From: Eledone cirrhosa
Taxonomy: Eukaryota
Assembly (NCBI GenBank): GCA_964016885.1
Contig: OZ024743.1
Span: forward strand, 238,700,001-238,764,000
DNA: 64,000 nt
Direction: 5' to 3'
Shown here: one piece after another, positions 13,277 to 27,229 of the stretch
How positions within the stretch are numbered: the stretch's first letter is position 1
Layout of the letters: the number at the start of each line of letters is the position of its first letter
Translations under genes and position numbers: made by a program
The notes under the pieces: generated by a model
What the model was told of the DNA's origin: nothing
Seen by the model: only the letters and a program-made list of their open reading frames with translations
The model's database searches: none

Positions 13277-13682
13277 ATGGTGGCTGCCAACTCGTTTTCG
13301 AGTACGGCCACTACTTTATATCCATGTAGTAGAACCCCTACCGATGCGCTGAATGAGTGTGACTTTTTAGTCCAGCCAGCGACTTGAAAACTCTGGTACA
13401 AACACTACACTTGTGACAATTATTGACACATAGTACTGGGCCCATGGTACCATGTGACGACAAGTGCAGAGAGATCTCCAGATATAAAGCAATGCCTGTG
13501 CCGTGAAGCTTTTATAGTGAGCAAAGGCACTGCACAAAGCCAGTCCCACTCTCTTAACCAAGATGATATTTACCAAAAAGAAAAACAAGTCAACATCATT
13601 GGATACCATCAGGGTTGCAGGTGTTATATCAGAGTTTTCCTGCTCCTAGAATTCTGCCTTGACAAAGGCTAAGGGGTCATCT
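13277..13682 (-). mobile_element. Truncated copy of an about 600-bp non-coding interspersed element
   Basis: Reverse complement of about 56065-56468 and about 59286-59690; begins at the end of a TA/CATA tract. Confidence 0.85.
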
Positions 13683-14359
13683 ATATATACATACACACAT
13701 ACATACACACACACACACATATACACATATATATGTGTATATATATACACACACATACATATACACATATATACATACACACATAAATATCAACATATCC
13801 ATACATACACATACATATATACAACCACACACATATATATACACATATACATATAGAAATATAAATATATATATATATATATGCATACACATAGACATAC
13901 ATAGCTATACACACATACATATACATACATACACACAATCATACGTATATACACACGTACATACATACACATACATACACACATATATACATGCATACAT
14001 ATGCATACACAAAATTAGAAAAAGATACACACACCTCTACATATTCACACACGCAAATAAATATAAGAAAAAATATAAAAGACAAAAAAGAAAATAAAGA
14101 CTATTATAAAGTTGACAGCGATACAGGCAACAAATAAATGAAAAAACACACGTGGTAAGCAATACACACAAATGCACGTACACATACATACGTAAAAATA
14201 AATACATACACACACTCTCACACATAAATATACATATACAAATACATAAACACATACATACGCAACCACAAATACATATACACACACACACACACACACA
14301 CATATACAAAAAACCCCAACCACAGAAATACAAACACACATACGAAAACGTATATATAC

Positions 14360-14428
<69 letters not shown>

Positions 14429-14477
14429 TAGGAAGAAGCCTGCCCCTACGGTAGAGCTCAAGCCTTTTCTGAGGCTA

Positions 14478-14568
14478 ATTGCCTTTCATCCTTACGGGAT
14501 CGATAAAATAAAGTACCAGTAATGCACTGGGTAATTGCTGGCCTTGTGCCTAAAGTAGAAACAATTAT
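14478..14568 (+). mobile_element. SINE 3' fragment
   Basis: ttgcctttcatccttacgggatcgataaaataaagtaccag...gtagaaacaatt. Confidence 0.8.
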
Positions 14569-14794
14569 ATAAAAACACACAAAACCATTATATAAAAATT
14601 AATATCTAAAAATAAAAAAAATGTTGGTATGTGAAGGGTAAGGCAAAAAAATAGGGGGGAAAAGGAGGGGGGGGAATGACATAGGAATAGGTTTAAATAT
14701 AAGGGGAGATAAGGCAGAAAGAGAATACAAGAGTACAGAACGTGGATTCAGCAGGTAAAAAAACCGTAGTAGAAGTAAAGAGCAGGAAAGGAGT

Positions 14795-16780
14795 TCAAGG
14801 CGGTTGAGTTATCATAGGAATGTCAATCCAGTTACAGATCAGATGTGATTTCAGATGAAGACAACATCTGAAGATCTCGGTCTTTGAGTTCAGGCAAGCA
14901 GAAGCGGCTTTCAAGTTTAGAAAAATCCTATATTTTTCTGTGGTACACAAAGAACAATTCTTTGTGCCCCTTTGGTACTCCCTCGAATAGTCTAAAATAG
15001 ACCAATCGATAGAGTACGGGATGTTTTTATCCTTGAATTCCCACACCTTACTTGCGAGGGCCGTTGTTGTTCGTTTATCGGAGTGCTTAAAAGAAGCGAC
15101 ATGTGAGTAAAACCTGGTTTTAAACCTGTCCTAGGTCATGCCGACATATCGCTCACTCCTGGCTGGCTGGTTGTTGATTAAAGGTGTTATTTTAGCCTTA
15201 TAAACAACAGATTTGGTGTTACATTTGCCCTGCAATGGGCATTCATCCGGCTTCCTGCAACTGCATCCTGGATTTGTTCTCGTATGATTTGAATTAGTGA
15301 TCTTGGACTTCATAGATGGGCAACAAGAGTAACTGATCTTAACTCCATTCCTATTAAATATCTCATAATATCTATGATTAGGAGGAAAATATTTATCTAA
15401 GAGTTCAAGGAATTTCCTTCCTACATTAGTTTTGACAGTTAGAGAGAAGGGGGGGGGGTGTAAACCAAATAATTTTCCTTTTCCTGTTATTGTGGTTAGT
15501 TTTAAGGGGGGGGGGGGAGTAGGTAAATAATAAATTTGTTCTGTAAAACCGCTGTTCTTAAGGGCTTTATTATAATAAGGGGCGGCTTTATTAAAAATGT
15601 CTATAGACGAAGATAAGGTAGAAATCCTACGGCTAATATTGGGAATAAGATTATTAAAAACTATAGGGGGATGGCAAGACTCTTTGTGTATATACCTGAG
15701 ATTTTCGTTAGGCTTATGATAAGGTTTAAAAGAGGCGGTAAGTAGATCAAGATTAATATCAAGAAAGTTAGCATTGGTAAGGTTCGTATCTATAGTGATT
15801 TTAAGGTTAAGATTAGTAAAAGTATTGATTAAATCTTTACGGAATTTATCAAGGTTATGGCTGTTGGTGGTATGAGAAACTGCCAATCCGTCATCACGGT
15901 ATAAACCGATATTATGGGAAGGACATTTCTCTTTGAGGGTGTGGAGAATGGATAATCCTACTAAGTCACACACATCCGCACTGTCTTATGAACCCATTGC
16001 AACATCAAAAGAGTTTTCAGGGTTTGACTTTTTAACCCAAATATTTTCATTAGTAAAGAGTAAAGTTTTTCTAGCATGAAAGATAATGTCTTCTTCTAAT
16101 TTAGAAATATTAATGAAAGGTCTTGCAAACTCTAAGGCATTAGTTAATAAGGAAACAGTAATAGAGGGATAAAAATCAACAATATCAAATTGGCTAAATC
16201 TACACTTATTTTTACCTTGTATATTATTAAACCAAGAAATAACAGAGGAAGTATTTAGTCACTGTGATAGGTCAGTCTTAGTTCTAATTTGGAGGATTAT
16301 TTTTCTTAAGATTTTATTACTTGCAAGGCCAACTTCGGATTTAGCCGGGTTAATCAGTCTACAACTAGGTCGATTAGTAAAGTCTAATTTATGGTCTTTA
16401 AGGGTAATATATGCGTTACGCTTAGCTAGGCTTTCAATCCGGTTGTCTATTTTTAAAGAACTAGCTAGTTCTTTAGCTTCTTTACTAATAGTATTGTAGG
16501 TATTATTATTAGTTAATTGATATTTGTTGGTGATACTATTAGTTAAAAGTTGGTTATACAAAGTACTATTAACTTCAAAGAGATTTTTAGTTTTATCAGA
16601 AAGAACAAAGGTGTTTGTAGAATTTTTAAAATTAGAAATATCGTTAGACAGTTTAGTTTGAAAGTTATTATTGTACTTACGAAATTTGATATCACTAATT
16701 AAATTAACAAGGTCTAATTCGAAGTTGGCCATGTCTTTAATTCTAGGTGGATATTTACGGGATTTTATGTCAAAACAATC
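14795..16780 (-). pseudogene. Naiad-type PLE RT-GIY-YIG ORF, disrupted
   Basis: Motifs YITLKDHK, CRLINPAKSEVG, QFDIVDFYPSI, FDVAMGS*DSADVCDLVGL, GLYRDDGL, NFLDINLDL, CSCRKPDECPLQGKC, VVYKA..YVGMT, CSLCTTEK and LNSKTE; several stops and a frameshift. The clade name is from motif recall. Confidence 0.85.
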
Positions 16781-17176
16781 ATTAGTATCAGCACTGAATA
16801 GTCCATTCGTAAACCATTGCCTTCCATCTCATTCTTTTAACGACTTGTTCGATTTCATATATAAGCATTTTGGTATAAGTTGTGTTGGAAGGAGTAGGTA
16901 TATTTTTGATTGAATAATCCATTTCATAAAGGTCCATGGTGTATGTTGGTTAAATTCCTGAAAACTGTAGAGTGCTCAACTAATCGGGCTGGAAAGTGCC
17001 AATCGTATATGTAATATAGAATATGCTTTAATCAATCCCGGTTGGTGCTGTATAAATGAAGTAATTCCGTCGGAAAAGTCCAGGAAAAAAGAGTGCTCTA
17101 TGTAGGTAACAGAGCTTAATAGTTATGTAATAAACAACATAAGGCAATTATTCCATTTACCAGTGGTTTCTTAAAA

Positions 17177-17209
<33 letters not shown>

Positions 17210-17211
<2 letters not shown>

Positions 17212-17305
17212 TCGCAAATGAATAGCTCTAAGCCACATGCAGTAGTGTAATAGTTGAAATGCATTCAGTAGATCTCAACTCTGCTTCGATTTGCTCATCA
17301 GACGT
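17210..17305 (-). ncRNA. Hammerhead-like motif truncated in stem III by (TA)n
   Basis: Minus strand: CTGATGA-gcaaat...atttgc-GAAA-c then (AT)n; no cleavage triplet or 3' strand of stem I. Confidence 0.55.
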
Positions 17306-17619
17306 CACAGCACAGATATCTCTTTATAGTCTTGGTGTGGTGAAGTTATTGCGTGGTTCCTGTTTTTTTTTTAAATATTTGCGTTTGGAATGGACATTAA
17401 CTTAGCTACTGTTTATGTGGTAATTTTCGGTTATTAGAGTTTCCGATGTGTGTTTATGTGAATACATAAATGTGCGGACATGTGTTTCTGAAATTGCGTT
17501 TTTTGTACGTTTGTGATTAAATGGTTGCGCGTCTCACTGAATGTGTCAGCAGTGGCCGAGGTTGGTCTAGAAGATTGTATTTTAATTGTGTGTGTGTGGA
17601 ATGCCAGCAGTCGAATATG

Positions 17620-17845
17620 CATACCAACCTCTCCTCTCCATGCCACTGATGCTGTCGAAGGGAAACAGAAAGGCCGAAACAGTTTGACATCCGTGAAGTT
17701 ACAAGTTATTTCTCCAACGGAGTTAACTGGAACAACGTGAAATAAAGTGTTTTATTCTAGAATAGAACTCACTGCCCGATCTAGGATTCGAAACGACAAC
17801 CTCAGGATTGTAAACCCAAAGCTCTAGCCACTAAGAGACATGCCT

Positions 17846-17846
<1 letters not shown>
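17620..17846 (-). mobile_element. Second tRNA-derived SINE family, degenerate
   Basis: Minus strand: tRNA-like head (cttagtggctagagc...gtttcgaatcc) followed by a CORE-like aaaacactttatttcacgttg segment. A related fragment lies at about 26150-26260. Confidence 0.55.
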
Positions 17847-17908
<62 letters not shown>

Positions 17909-18449
17909 TACGCGTTTGTATGCTAATATATGCTTAGGATAGCGTGCAATTTTAATGTAAATCCTCACCAGCAGAGACCAGAGAATTCCCTTTTCAGATG
18001 AACCAGTCAAGGGCCATAGAAAATCCATAAATGTGGCACCAAGTCGGCTGTGATACGAGGTTGTGTTTTGGCAGGATGTCATCAAATGATTTTTATAACA
18101 TAACTAACCTTTTCAGGCGAGGCCCATTTCTTTGTATTGGTGTTGCTATCATCAGGAAGATCAGTGGAGATAAGTCCTTCTAAGTAGCACCACCGCACCC
18201 TATTAACCGTGCCAAATCCCATAACACCATCTCCTACAGACCGTTCCACACCCTCCACACAACATCACATCGCAAACGCTGAGCCTAGAAATACTAATAC
18301 ACATATATTGATCTATTACCACCCTCGAGCTTGAAGGAAACTAAGGATATCCTATTGGGAATATATTTCGTGATAACGTATGCGTCTGGTAGTGTCTCTC
18401 ATATTTATCACATATACATTTTTGTCTACACACATATATATATATGTGT

Positions 18450-19345
18450 ATTTCTTTTGCAAGATTTCTTATCTGAAAACGTGTGTTGAAACAGATATTG
18501 GTATACTTTGGGTGGTTCATGCTGCCAATAAAAACACATGCATCTGTTGGTTTTCACTTTAATCTATTATAAATCTCCAGCTAGTTGGTTTAATAACTTG
18601 GTTGTTTATTTGTTCATTGTCAAAGCTCTTTCGTCACACATTCTGTGACCTCCTCAGTGACTAATTTTTTAATTTTGTCTCTATCCTTTTTTTCTCTCCT
18701 ATACCATCTTGTTTTTGTGGGCTTTGTGATGTGTACTTTTGTTGCGCATGGGCTATATCCATGTATGTGTATGTGTGTATTTGTGTATTCTTTTTTATAC
18801 GTTTATTTACTTGTCACTAGTTGGTTGCTTGTTCTATCTGTGTGTGTCTGGTTTGTTTTATTAGTTTAGTTCCTGTGTGTCTCTGTATGTCTTTAGTTAC
18901 TGGTTGTGATGTTGTTACAATTCAACTCATGTTTTCTGCTTAGTTTTGGTTTGAGTTTGTTTATGTTTGTCGCTTTTGTTATCTGTCAAATGTGTGGATA
19001 TGATTTTTATTTCTATGTCCTCTTGTGTGTTACCATGTTTCATTTTGGCATGTTAGGGGAGTACTGATAAGTTCTTCCCATCCTGGAGTATTCTTTCTCC
19101 CATGCTATGGGCTGTTTCTTCGATGTAAGTTGTGTTCTTATTCCTACACTGCCCTCAGTATATTTGATGCTATATACTACGTTCCAAGTTTTACAGTTAA
19201 TTTGTGGGCTTAAATTGCAGACTATACATTTCCTATCAGTGCAGCGTTTTGTTTCAAAAGGATATATTCCACTAATTAGGGCTTTTATTGGAATACCTGG
19301 TTTTTCAACTATCTTAATATATAATTTTAGTTTGTCTAGATCTGT
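18450..19345 (-). mobile_element. Diverged 3' fragment (GIY-YIG + pLTR) of the PLE family at 4550-7580
   Basis: Its reverse complement aligns by eye to about 6640-7565 (e.g. aatattaagatagttgaaaa, aaaacttggaacgtagtatatagcatc, caaagtatac). Confidence 0.85.
18619..18661 (-). ncRNA. Minimal type I hammerhead ribozyme
   Basis: Minus strand: gtca-CTGAGGA-g-gtcacagaatgtgtgac-GAAA-gagc-TT-tgac. Confidence 0.75.
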
Positions 19346-19399
19346 AAGCTAGATCGTTTCTGGGGGTTGCATTGACTTACATTATACTCACGTTAACTC

Positions 19400-20105
19400 T
19401 CTGAAGGAGTTGTAGCATCGAAAACAACCATCCTAAACCACTTGCATGCAATAGGGAAGGTGTCCAAGTTGGAGCAATGCGTGTCCCACAGTCTGACTGA
19501 CCATAATTGGGAACGTCGGGCCGCAGCTGTGATCTCACTGCTTTCCTACCATCGCACAACCAACTAGTTTCTTTTCATTGTCACTGATGATAAAATATGG
19601 TGTCTCGTCATTAATGTTAAGTACAAGCTATCGAGGTTTGATAAACAGAGTGCATCCCAACCGCGAGCAAAGGCTGGCTCACAAAGCCCTAATGAGCATC
19701 TGGTGGAACTGAAATGTGTTATCCACTATGAGTTGCTCCCACCGAACACCAATATAATCTCTAAAATCTATTGACAACAACGTCAAAGATTGGCGGTGAA
19801 AATCGCACCTGTGCACCCACACCGTGTTCGATTTCTTCATGATAATGCTCGGCCGCATACCTTATGACTCGTTAGAAGATGTTAGAGCTTGGTTAGGAGG
19901 TTCTAGCCTACCCGCCATATTCGCCCATCCTCTCGCAGAGAGACTTTTTCTCTCAATGAACAATGAATTGCAGTCAAAAACCTTCGCCATTTAGGATAGT
20001 TAAATCTGTAGCTGACGGAATTCTTTGCAGCGAAGCCAGAGATGGAATTTTCCGTCTTCATAAAAGATGGCAGACCGTAATCGAAAATAATTGGCAATTA
20101 TTTTG
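19400..20105 (+). mobile_element. Degenerate mariner transposase remnant
   Basis: KTTILNHLHAIGKVSKLEQCVSHSLT (WVPHEL-like), IVTDDKIW, FLHDNARPH and YPPYSP in broken frames. Confidence 0.8.
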
Positions 20106-20193
20106 ACTTTTAAAATGTCCCTAATTTTTCAAAGGGAATTTTTGGTCGTAATGCTTTTGAAATACATCTGCGTCCATGAGTTGATATTTCTCG

Positions 20194-20243
20194 ATTTCAG
20201 AAGATCCCGCTGTAGGGTGAAATCAAAAATTGATTGCTTAAGT
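20194..20243 (+). ncRNA. Hammerhead-like motif with variant core CAGAAGA
   Basis: attt-CAGAAGA-tcccgctgtagggt-GAAA-tcaaaaattgattgc-TT-aagt; same family as 62790-62840. Confidence 0.55.
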
Positions 20244-20305
20244 ATTTAATCTGTGCTAATATATATATATATATATATTAGCACAGATTAAATACTTAAG
20301 CAATC

Positions 20306-20375
<70 letters not shown>

Positions 20376-20377
<2 letters not shown>

Positions 20378-20620
20378 AAATAACAGGAGCCTGGACTGGT
20401 GTAATTCCTTTTTCTTGAAGTCGGGCGCCCTGACTAGAAACTACTAAATGTGTGGCCACCTTCTTGTGTCTCTGCCTTTTCAGCCCCATGGATTATATTC
20501 CCTTGTTAAATTTCGAATACCTGATGATGTCACCGGATTCATACTGAACCCGGTCATTGAAATGTTCATAGTATAATAAACCTTTAAGGAATTACACCAG
20601 TCCATCCTCCTGTTATTTTA
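20376..20620 (+). mobile_element. About 245-bp PLE-derived mini-unit with 35-bp inverted ends and an HHR
   Basis: 20376-20410 is inverted versus 20586-20620. The tail is related to about 46313-46365. Confidence 0.75.
20517..20574 (+). ncRNA. Type I hammerhead ribozyme, intact core
   Basis: atac-CTGATGA-tgtcaccggattcatactgaacccggtcatt-GAAA-tgttca-TA-gtat. Confidence 0.8.
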
Positions 20621-20764
20621 TAATAATTAACTCCGTAATCGCACCACCAACAACACAAACGAAGACGGGTGAGTTGTATTACGTCGAGTGCTCTCCCTAA
20701 TATTACATCGATGTTGACCATACGGAATGACCAGTTCTATCCAGTGGTGAACCAACAAACCTAA

Positions 20765-20823
<59 letters not shown>

Positions 20824-20919
20824 TTTTTGTTATTTCAGGGTGTCTAGTGCTATGTCGAGGATGTTGTGTGAAGTGTGTTTGATGAGCATTATATGCAGCT
20901 TGTCTCATTGCATAGTCGA

Positions 20920-21865
20920 GTATTAATATGATTTTGTAGATGATGACGCCTTCTTATTAGACAACTGAGAAAAGGCGCAGCTGTGGAATGGGATTCTGAA
21001 ATAATTGTATTCATATAAATGAGAATATGGAATATATTGCATACAACCAGAAGGAGAGAGTGTCATGAAATGGAAATTACCTAAAAAGAGTTAATTATTT
21101 TGGTGGATTGGCAGTATCGGTAGAGGGTCAGACACCATACTTTCCAGCATAGTTACGTCCCTTTACGATCTGAGTTCAAATCCCGCCGAGGTTGACTTTG
21201 CCTTTCATCTTTACGGGGTCGATAAAATAAAGTACCAGTAATGCACTGGGATAATTGATGGCCTTGTGCCAAAAGTAGAAACAATTATTTTAGGTATCTT
21301 GATTCGTGGATCAACATCTCAGAAAAAGACATGAGGACTAGAATTAACTTGGCCTCGACAGTTGCAAACAAAATGGATGTTATTTGGAAATCAAACTTGA
21401 ACACCAAACTAAGGGTTAAATTCTTTCGATCAACAGCTGAAAGTGTGCTTGTGTAGGGAGCAGCGTGCTCGAAACTCGAAAAAGAGATGTAAAGGCGGTT
21501 AGATGGCACACATACTAGACTCCTGACGAAAGTGCAAAATGAATCTTGTGGGGAGATCAGAGCAAACGGATTTCTATACGGTTTCCTGAGACCAATTACA
21601 GACGTCATAAAGGCGAGAAGATTCGGTCTCATAGGTCACGTATGGTGAAGAGATCAGACAGAGGTATTACATCAATTCCTATGATGGAAACTCACACATG
21701 ATAGACGAAAAATGGTTGGCCTCATGTTACGTTTCTGGAATGGGTCTGTAAAGACACGAATGTTAGAAAGAATTAATTCGCTGACAGAATGCTGGAGACG
21801 GACAAGTGGAGAAATATAATTACCAACACGGTCCGAAAAAACTCGACATGAAGATAATGAGGAGG
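20920..21865 (+). mobile_element. RTE-clade LINE 3' remnant, interrupted by a SINE (21101-21287)
   Basis: FRYLDSWI..EKDMRTRINLA..KMDVIWKS..KLRVKFFRSTAESVL..RLDGTHTRLL..RRFGLIGH. The SINE is flanked by a probable TSD, AATTATTTT. Confidence 0.8.
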
Positions 21866-21885
21866 TGTATATATATATATATATA

Positions 21886-22785
21886 TACGAGATGGGTCAG
21901 AAAAGATCCAGGACGGATGTCACAAAATATTTATTTCAAACCCAAACTTCACACTAAGAGTTTTCTCCTTCAAAATAATCCCCCTGGAGTATGTAACTGT
22001 AATCTTAGCTCTCTGCAGCGATCAAACGTTTTTCTTCATAATTTTATATATATGTCCTCTGTCTCAGGTCGTCAAGCAATGAGCACAGAGCAACGAACAA
22101 ACTTGAAAACTTGGTCAGAAGCACTGGGATTGCTGCAGCTAGTGTATGGAGATGAGACGATGTCACGCTCACGTGTTTTTGAGTGGTGCAGGAGGTTTAA
22201 AGAAGGATGCGAGGACGTGGAAGATGACCCCAGGAGCGGAAGGCCCTCAACAACCAGGACTGAGGTCAACGTTGAGCGCGTCAGGCAGATGGTGCGTAGC
22301 GAACGTCGGCTGGCTGTTCGACTGATGGCAAATGAGCTGGGCATGAATCGGGACAGCGTCTGGAAGATTCTCACTGAAGATTTGGACATGCAGAAAGTCT
22401 GCGCGAAGAAGGTGTCAAAACTGCTGAACGATGACCAGAAGGGTCGACGCATCCATGTGTGCCAGGACATCCTCGAGCGTCTTGAAACTGGACCAGACTT
22501 GTTAGGGACAGTCATCACCGGTGATGAGTCATGGATCTTCGAGTACCACCCGGAGGGGATCCGTTTTGAAGACGTGGGCGACATCAAAAAGGCCGTGACG
22601 GCGGAACTGTGGAGGATCCCAGAATAATCCTTCCAGGAGTGCAGGCAAGCGTGGCAGAAAAGTATGGAAAAGTGCGTTAGACTTTAGGGGTATTACTTTG
22701 AAGGAGAAAACTCTTAGTGTGAAGTTGGGATTCGAAATAAATTTTTTGTGACATCAGTGCTGGAACTTTTCTGATCCACCTTGTA
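21886..22785 (+). mobile_element. Mariner (Tc1/mariner) element, internally deleted, about 100-bp imperfect TIRs, TA target
   Basis: 21886-21983 is inverted versus about 22687-22785. Protein: VYGDETMSRSRVFEWCRRFKEG..EDDPRSGRPST, KVCAKKVSKLL, VITGDESWIFEY, then a jump to C-terminal GIRFEDV, so the second and third catalytic D are missing. Confidence 0.92.
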
Positions 22786-22894
22786 TATATTTCCACCTCC
22801 GAGTTCGGATCTAGCTGTCGAAACGACCGGAGCTCAGCCGTCGGGGTCCTGAATATTTTCGTATATATATATATATACGTGTATGTATATATAC

Positions 22895-22927
<33 letters not shown>

Positions 22928-22984
22928 GATATATACATGTATATATATATACATGTATATATATATATATGTGTGTATATATAC

Positions 22985-23108
<124 letters not shown>

Positions 23109-23935
23109 GCGTGTGTGTGGGTGTATGTATTTGTATAACTCACGCACGGACATACATAAATATACATAAAGTAATTTTCTCCCATAGCGCGATCAAAATA
23201 CCAAATACCAGAATGGCTGCATATATAGGTGTTTAAGGAATATGGGGTGGGATAGGGGAATGCAGTCATGTTGATAGCTTTAGATGTTGGGTACACTGGG
23301 TATATAAGGTACATATTTCTTGTTATTGTTGTTGATGTTGTTGCTGCTGTTATCTTTGTTGTTTATTATAGTGCCATTCTTGTTGTTTGTGTGTTTTTGT
23401 AAAGAAAATCAGCCACACATTAAAAATGTATCCCAATTTTCACTAGAGCTTTTAACGCTCTGGGGGTGGCAGAAAACTGTTTAGAAGCGGGAATATAACA
23501 AACATTGATATTATTAGGGAAAATACGAATACTAATTATGGTTTGAAAGAATATAAGTTTAAAAAATTCAAAAAATAAACACTGAAAAATGAATATCACT
23601 TCACCCCAAACCCATCATAAACGAAACAACCAAGATAACAATAATGGTAATGGTGATGATAGTGATGATAGTGATGATGGTGATAGTGATGATGGTGATG
23701 AAATAGAGGAGGGTGACGATGTTTATTTTGTTGTTCTCTATGGTGATGAACATTATCATCATAATGTAGTTGGTTATGATTGTTATGATTATTATGACTA
23801 TGTTGATTAATGTTGATTACACCGATGGTGATGATGATGTTACTGCTGCTGGTAGTGAAGGAAGATGATGGGTGTAGCCAGTGATAGAGTGGTGTAGAGA
23901 AAAGGATAGAGGCTGTGTCGGACATAGGTCGTCTG

Positions 23936-23997
23936 CTTCTTCTTCTTCTTCTTCTTCTTCTTCTTCTTCTTCTTCTTCTTCTTCTTCTTCTTCTTCT
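23936..23997. repeat. (TTC)n microsatellite
   Basis: Direct reading. Confidence 0.95.
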
Positions 23998-26469
23998 CCT
24001 CCTCCCCACCCTCTCCTTCTCACCTCCACTAGGGCTGCTGTTGTAGTAGTGTCATAGAGCGAGGAAGTGAAACTATAATGGAGCCACAATATTGTTTAGT
24101 GTTTTTTATCCCCATTCCCCCCTCTCATATGTGACCAAATAAACATTTCAACAAATAAACTACTTAGAAAAACAAACAACAATAGCAAGAGTTACTTCCC
24201 CACTATAAACACACACACACGCACACAGACTGACACACACACAAACGCATACGGAAATATGTACTCTGAAAAATGCATGCACACGTACACATATATACCT
24301 AAGCATTTACATAAACATATGTATATATAAAACTATAAAGTATAAATGCAAACATATATACACCTAAACATACATACACAGAAATATATACGCAAACATA
24401 TACCTCCAACACACATATATATATAAACACAATGCACACACACACACATAGACACACACACACAAGATGGCTAAAACAATACAAAAATATTTATACAAAA
24501 TAAAGTGAAACAAACGACCAAACAAAATTACATGTGAAAATAAATATAAATATAATAAAAAAGAGTGAAAAACTTTTCCCCTGAAATGGCTACAATCAGG
24601 ATGGCAACAGCAGCGTTGAACTGATGGTGATTTGCTAAAAGCGGTAAGGCCACAGGTGTTTTGATTGGGATGGGATAGGATGGAAGGGGAATATCACTAA
24701 AAATATGTGTATGAAAGATATATAGATACATATATGTATAGATAGAGAGAGGTATTACAGAGAAGGAGAGATGTATAAAGTAGAAAGTGAGGTAGACAAA
24801 GATGGAGAATAGAGAGAGAAAGCGAGTGAGAGAGTGAGAGAGAGTGAGAGAGAGAGTGAGTGAGTGAGAGAGAGTGAGTGAGAGAGAGAGAGAGACAGAG
24901 AGAGACAGAGGTAAGACATAAAAATGTGGAGGAAGAGAGGTAGGGGGAAGAAACGAATGAGAAAGCAAAACGATACGGAGGGGGAGAGAGAGTGTGTGGG
25001 GGAGAGAAGGCCGAAAGATAGGAAGAAAGGGAGAGTAAGAAGGCAGAAAAATAGGGAGAGAGGGAGAGTGAGAAGGCAGAAAGATAGGGAGGGACATGGC
25101 AGAAAGATAGGGAAAGAAAGAGAGCGAAGTAGAGAGAGAATGTGAGTATTTGCATCAGCAACGAGGAAAAAAACCCAACGTGAACGAACCGCAAGGAAAA
25201 TAAATACATTAGCAGGAGTCTCCACCCCACAAAAAAACACTAAAGTAACAAATAGCAACAAATCTCCATATAACAATGTCCATGAAAAAATCCCCCAAAT
25301 AAACAAGCAAACAAATATTAAGCTTCGTCAATGACAAAAAAGCACAATTGCAATTGCATCATCTTCAAAGAATTCTTCGTAAAAAACAGTAATAGAGTAG
25401 CAGTAATAATGGTAAGAACAGCAATAACGGCATCAATTATTACTGAGAGAACGAGGAAGCCTCTACATGTCAGCTAGATATGCTAGAAATAGCAAACCAC
25501 CGCAAATTTCCTCATATCCCTCACTGCATACACACCGACTACCAAAGTATATGTCTTAGATAGGGATCATCTAAAAAGACTGGATGGTCTTGGAAGGAAG
25601 GCTTTTAGTAGTTCGTTTTCTCTAAATTTGACTTGGAGTTACACAATAACAATAAAAACAACATGGACGCCGAATGGGCTTCTACATGGCTGCTTGACTT
25701 GCTAGAAATAGCAACGTCGCTTACTCTCATAGTCTCTCATAAAAAAGGAAAGTACAATTGGACGATGTAGCTCTAAAAATACAATGTCTATATATATATA
25801 TATATAAAGATTGAATGGTCATGGTGGGAACGTTTTATCATATGTAATGTTGAAAATAGCGCTACTGCATGAGGTAAAACAATGGTGTCGCATTGTGTTA
25901 GTGTGCTCTGATTTCGTAGAGAAAGCTTATGTTGTTCCAGTTTGGCATGATTTTACTTTTATTCAATGGTACTATCATTTTGGCAACGTTGACGGTATAT
26001 TTTCCTCAATGTCTACAATGTTGTCTTCTGAGAATGATAAACGAAAGTACCAAGCCAAAGTTAATCACGGTTTTATGTGGTGTTAAGCGTTGGAGAGTAC
26101 AGTCAATTCCAATATAATCACAGTTGCTGCTGCTTTTACTAATTTTCAGCTAAATAAAATGCAACAATGTCAAACGAACTCACCGCCCAGCCCAGAATTC
26201 GAACCCATGACCTTATGATTACAAGACCAGCACTCTATCTACTAGACTGTGCACCTTTACTGATAAGTCAAGGGCTCGATATAATCAACTATAAATCTCC
26301 TCTAAATTTGAAGTTTTGAACCTATGAGAGAGATCGATATATGGTATTATTTCAATGCCGGGAGGAAATTTATTAGTGGTTATCTCCATATAAGGACATA
26401 CATTGTGCCGTGGCTTCAATTTTCTGCTGAAGACGGCATTTGACATGACTTTTTCATTTGACATGATTC

Positions 26470-26790
26470 AAACCATTCTATCTCGTTTCAAACGCCCTAC
26501 ATCAACGTAAAGAGATTAACTTTCAAAACCATCCATCTATTTTCAAACGTCTTACCTCAACTCTAACACCTTCGTTCTCCAAACTGTTCCATCTAGTTTA
26601 AAACATCTTAGCTTAACATAAATACCTCCATCCTTGAAACCTTCTACTTTCAAACGTCCAACCTTAACCTAAACACAGTCCTTTTTACAATTCTATCGAA
26701 TTTTAAAAATCAATCTAAACACCTTCATCCTTCAAATACTTCGAACTAGTTTCAAACATCCTACCTCAACCTAAACACTTTTATTCTTTC
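26470..26790. repeat. Decayed minisatellite, about 55-bp unit, about 6 copies
   Basis: Recurrent tttcaaac(g/a)tcctacctcaacctaaacacc...ccatcta. Confidence 0.6.
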
Positions 26791-27229
26791 TATGGATTAA
26801 GAAAATATCAAATCCTTTATTTTCTCAATTATATAAAAAAAACTCTGACACTGGCATTATTAATTACATTACCTCATCACAACCACCACCACCACCACTA
26901 CCACCACTACCGCCACTACTACAACCATCAAAGAGAAAAAAAAAAGACATTACAAAATATCATTTATTCAGTGTATCATGTAATATTTCTTTTATATAAT
27001 CATCATCATTATGTATCAACATCAGAACCACATCTATTATTATCGTAATCATTATCATCCCCACCAATACCCCTCCCCCCCCCCATCATCACCATCATTA
27101 ACACCACAACCACATCTACCATGGTAATCATTATCATCCCCACCTCCACACCAAAAAGCCATTGTAGCACCTACCGCCGCCACGACCAATGCCACAAATA
27201 TCAGTATCCTTATTATCCTCATGAGGAGC

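Larger units (their letters stand above)
13017..17179 (-). mobile_element. Naiad-like Penelope element with direct pLTR, interrupted by nested insertions (about 13277-14568)
   Basis: About 60-bp terminal direct repeat atagttatgtaataaacaacataagg...ttaaaagca at 13017-13077 and about 17119-17179. The ORF remnant lies between them, with (TA)n flanks. Confidence 0.8.

Noticed and set aside
16259-16261. In-frame TGA in the Naiad-like ORF as selenocysteine (Sec-containing Naiads are known)
   Set aside because: The position corresponds to the conserved Trp of Q-W-x-N-T. TAA and TAG stops occur elsewhere in the ORF, and the zinc-finger Cys codons are ordinary.
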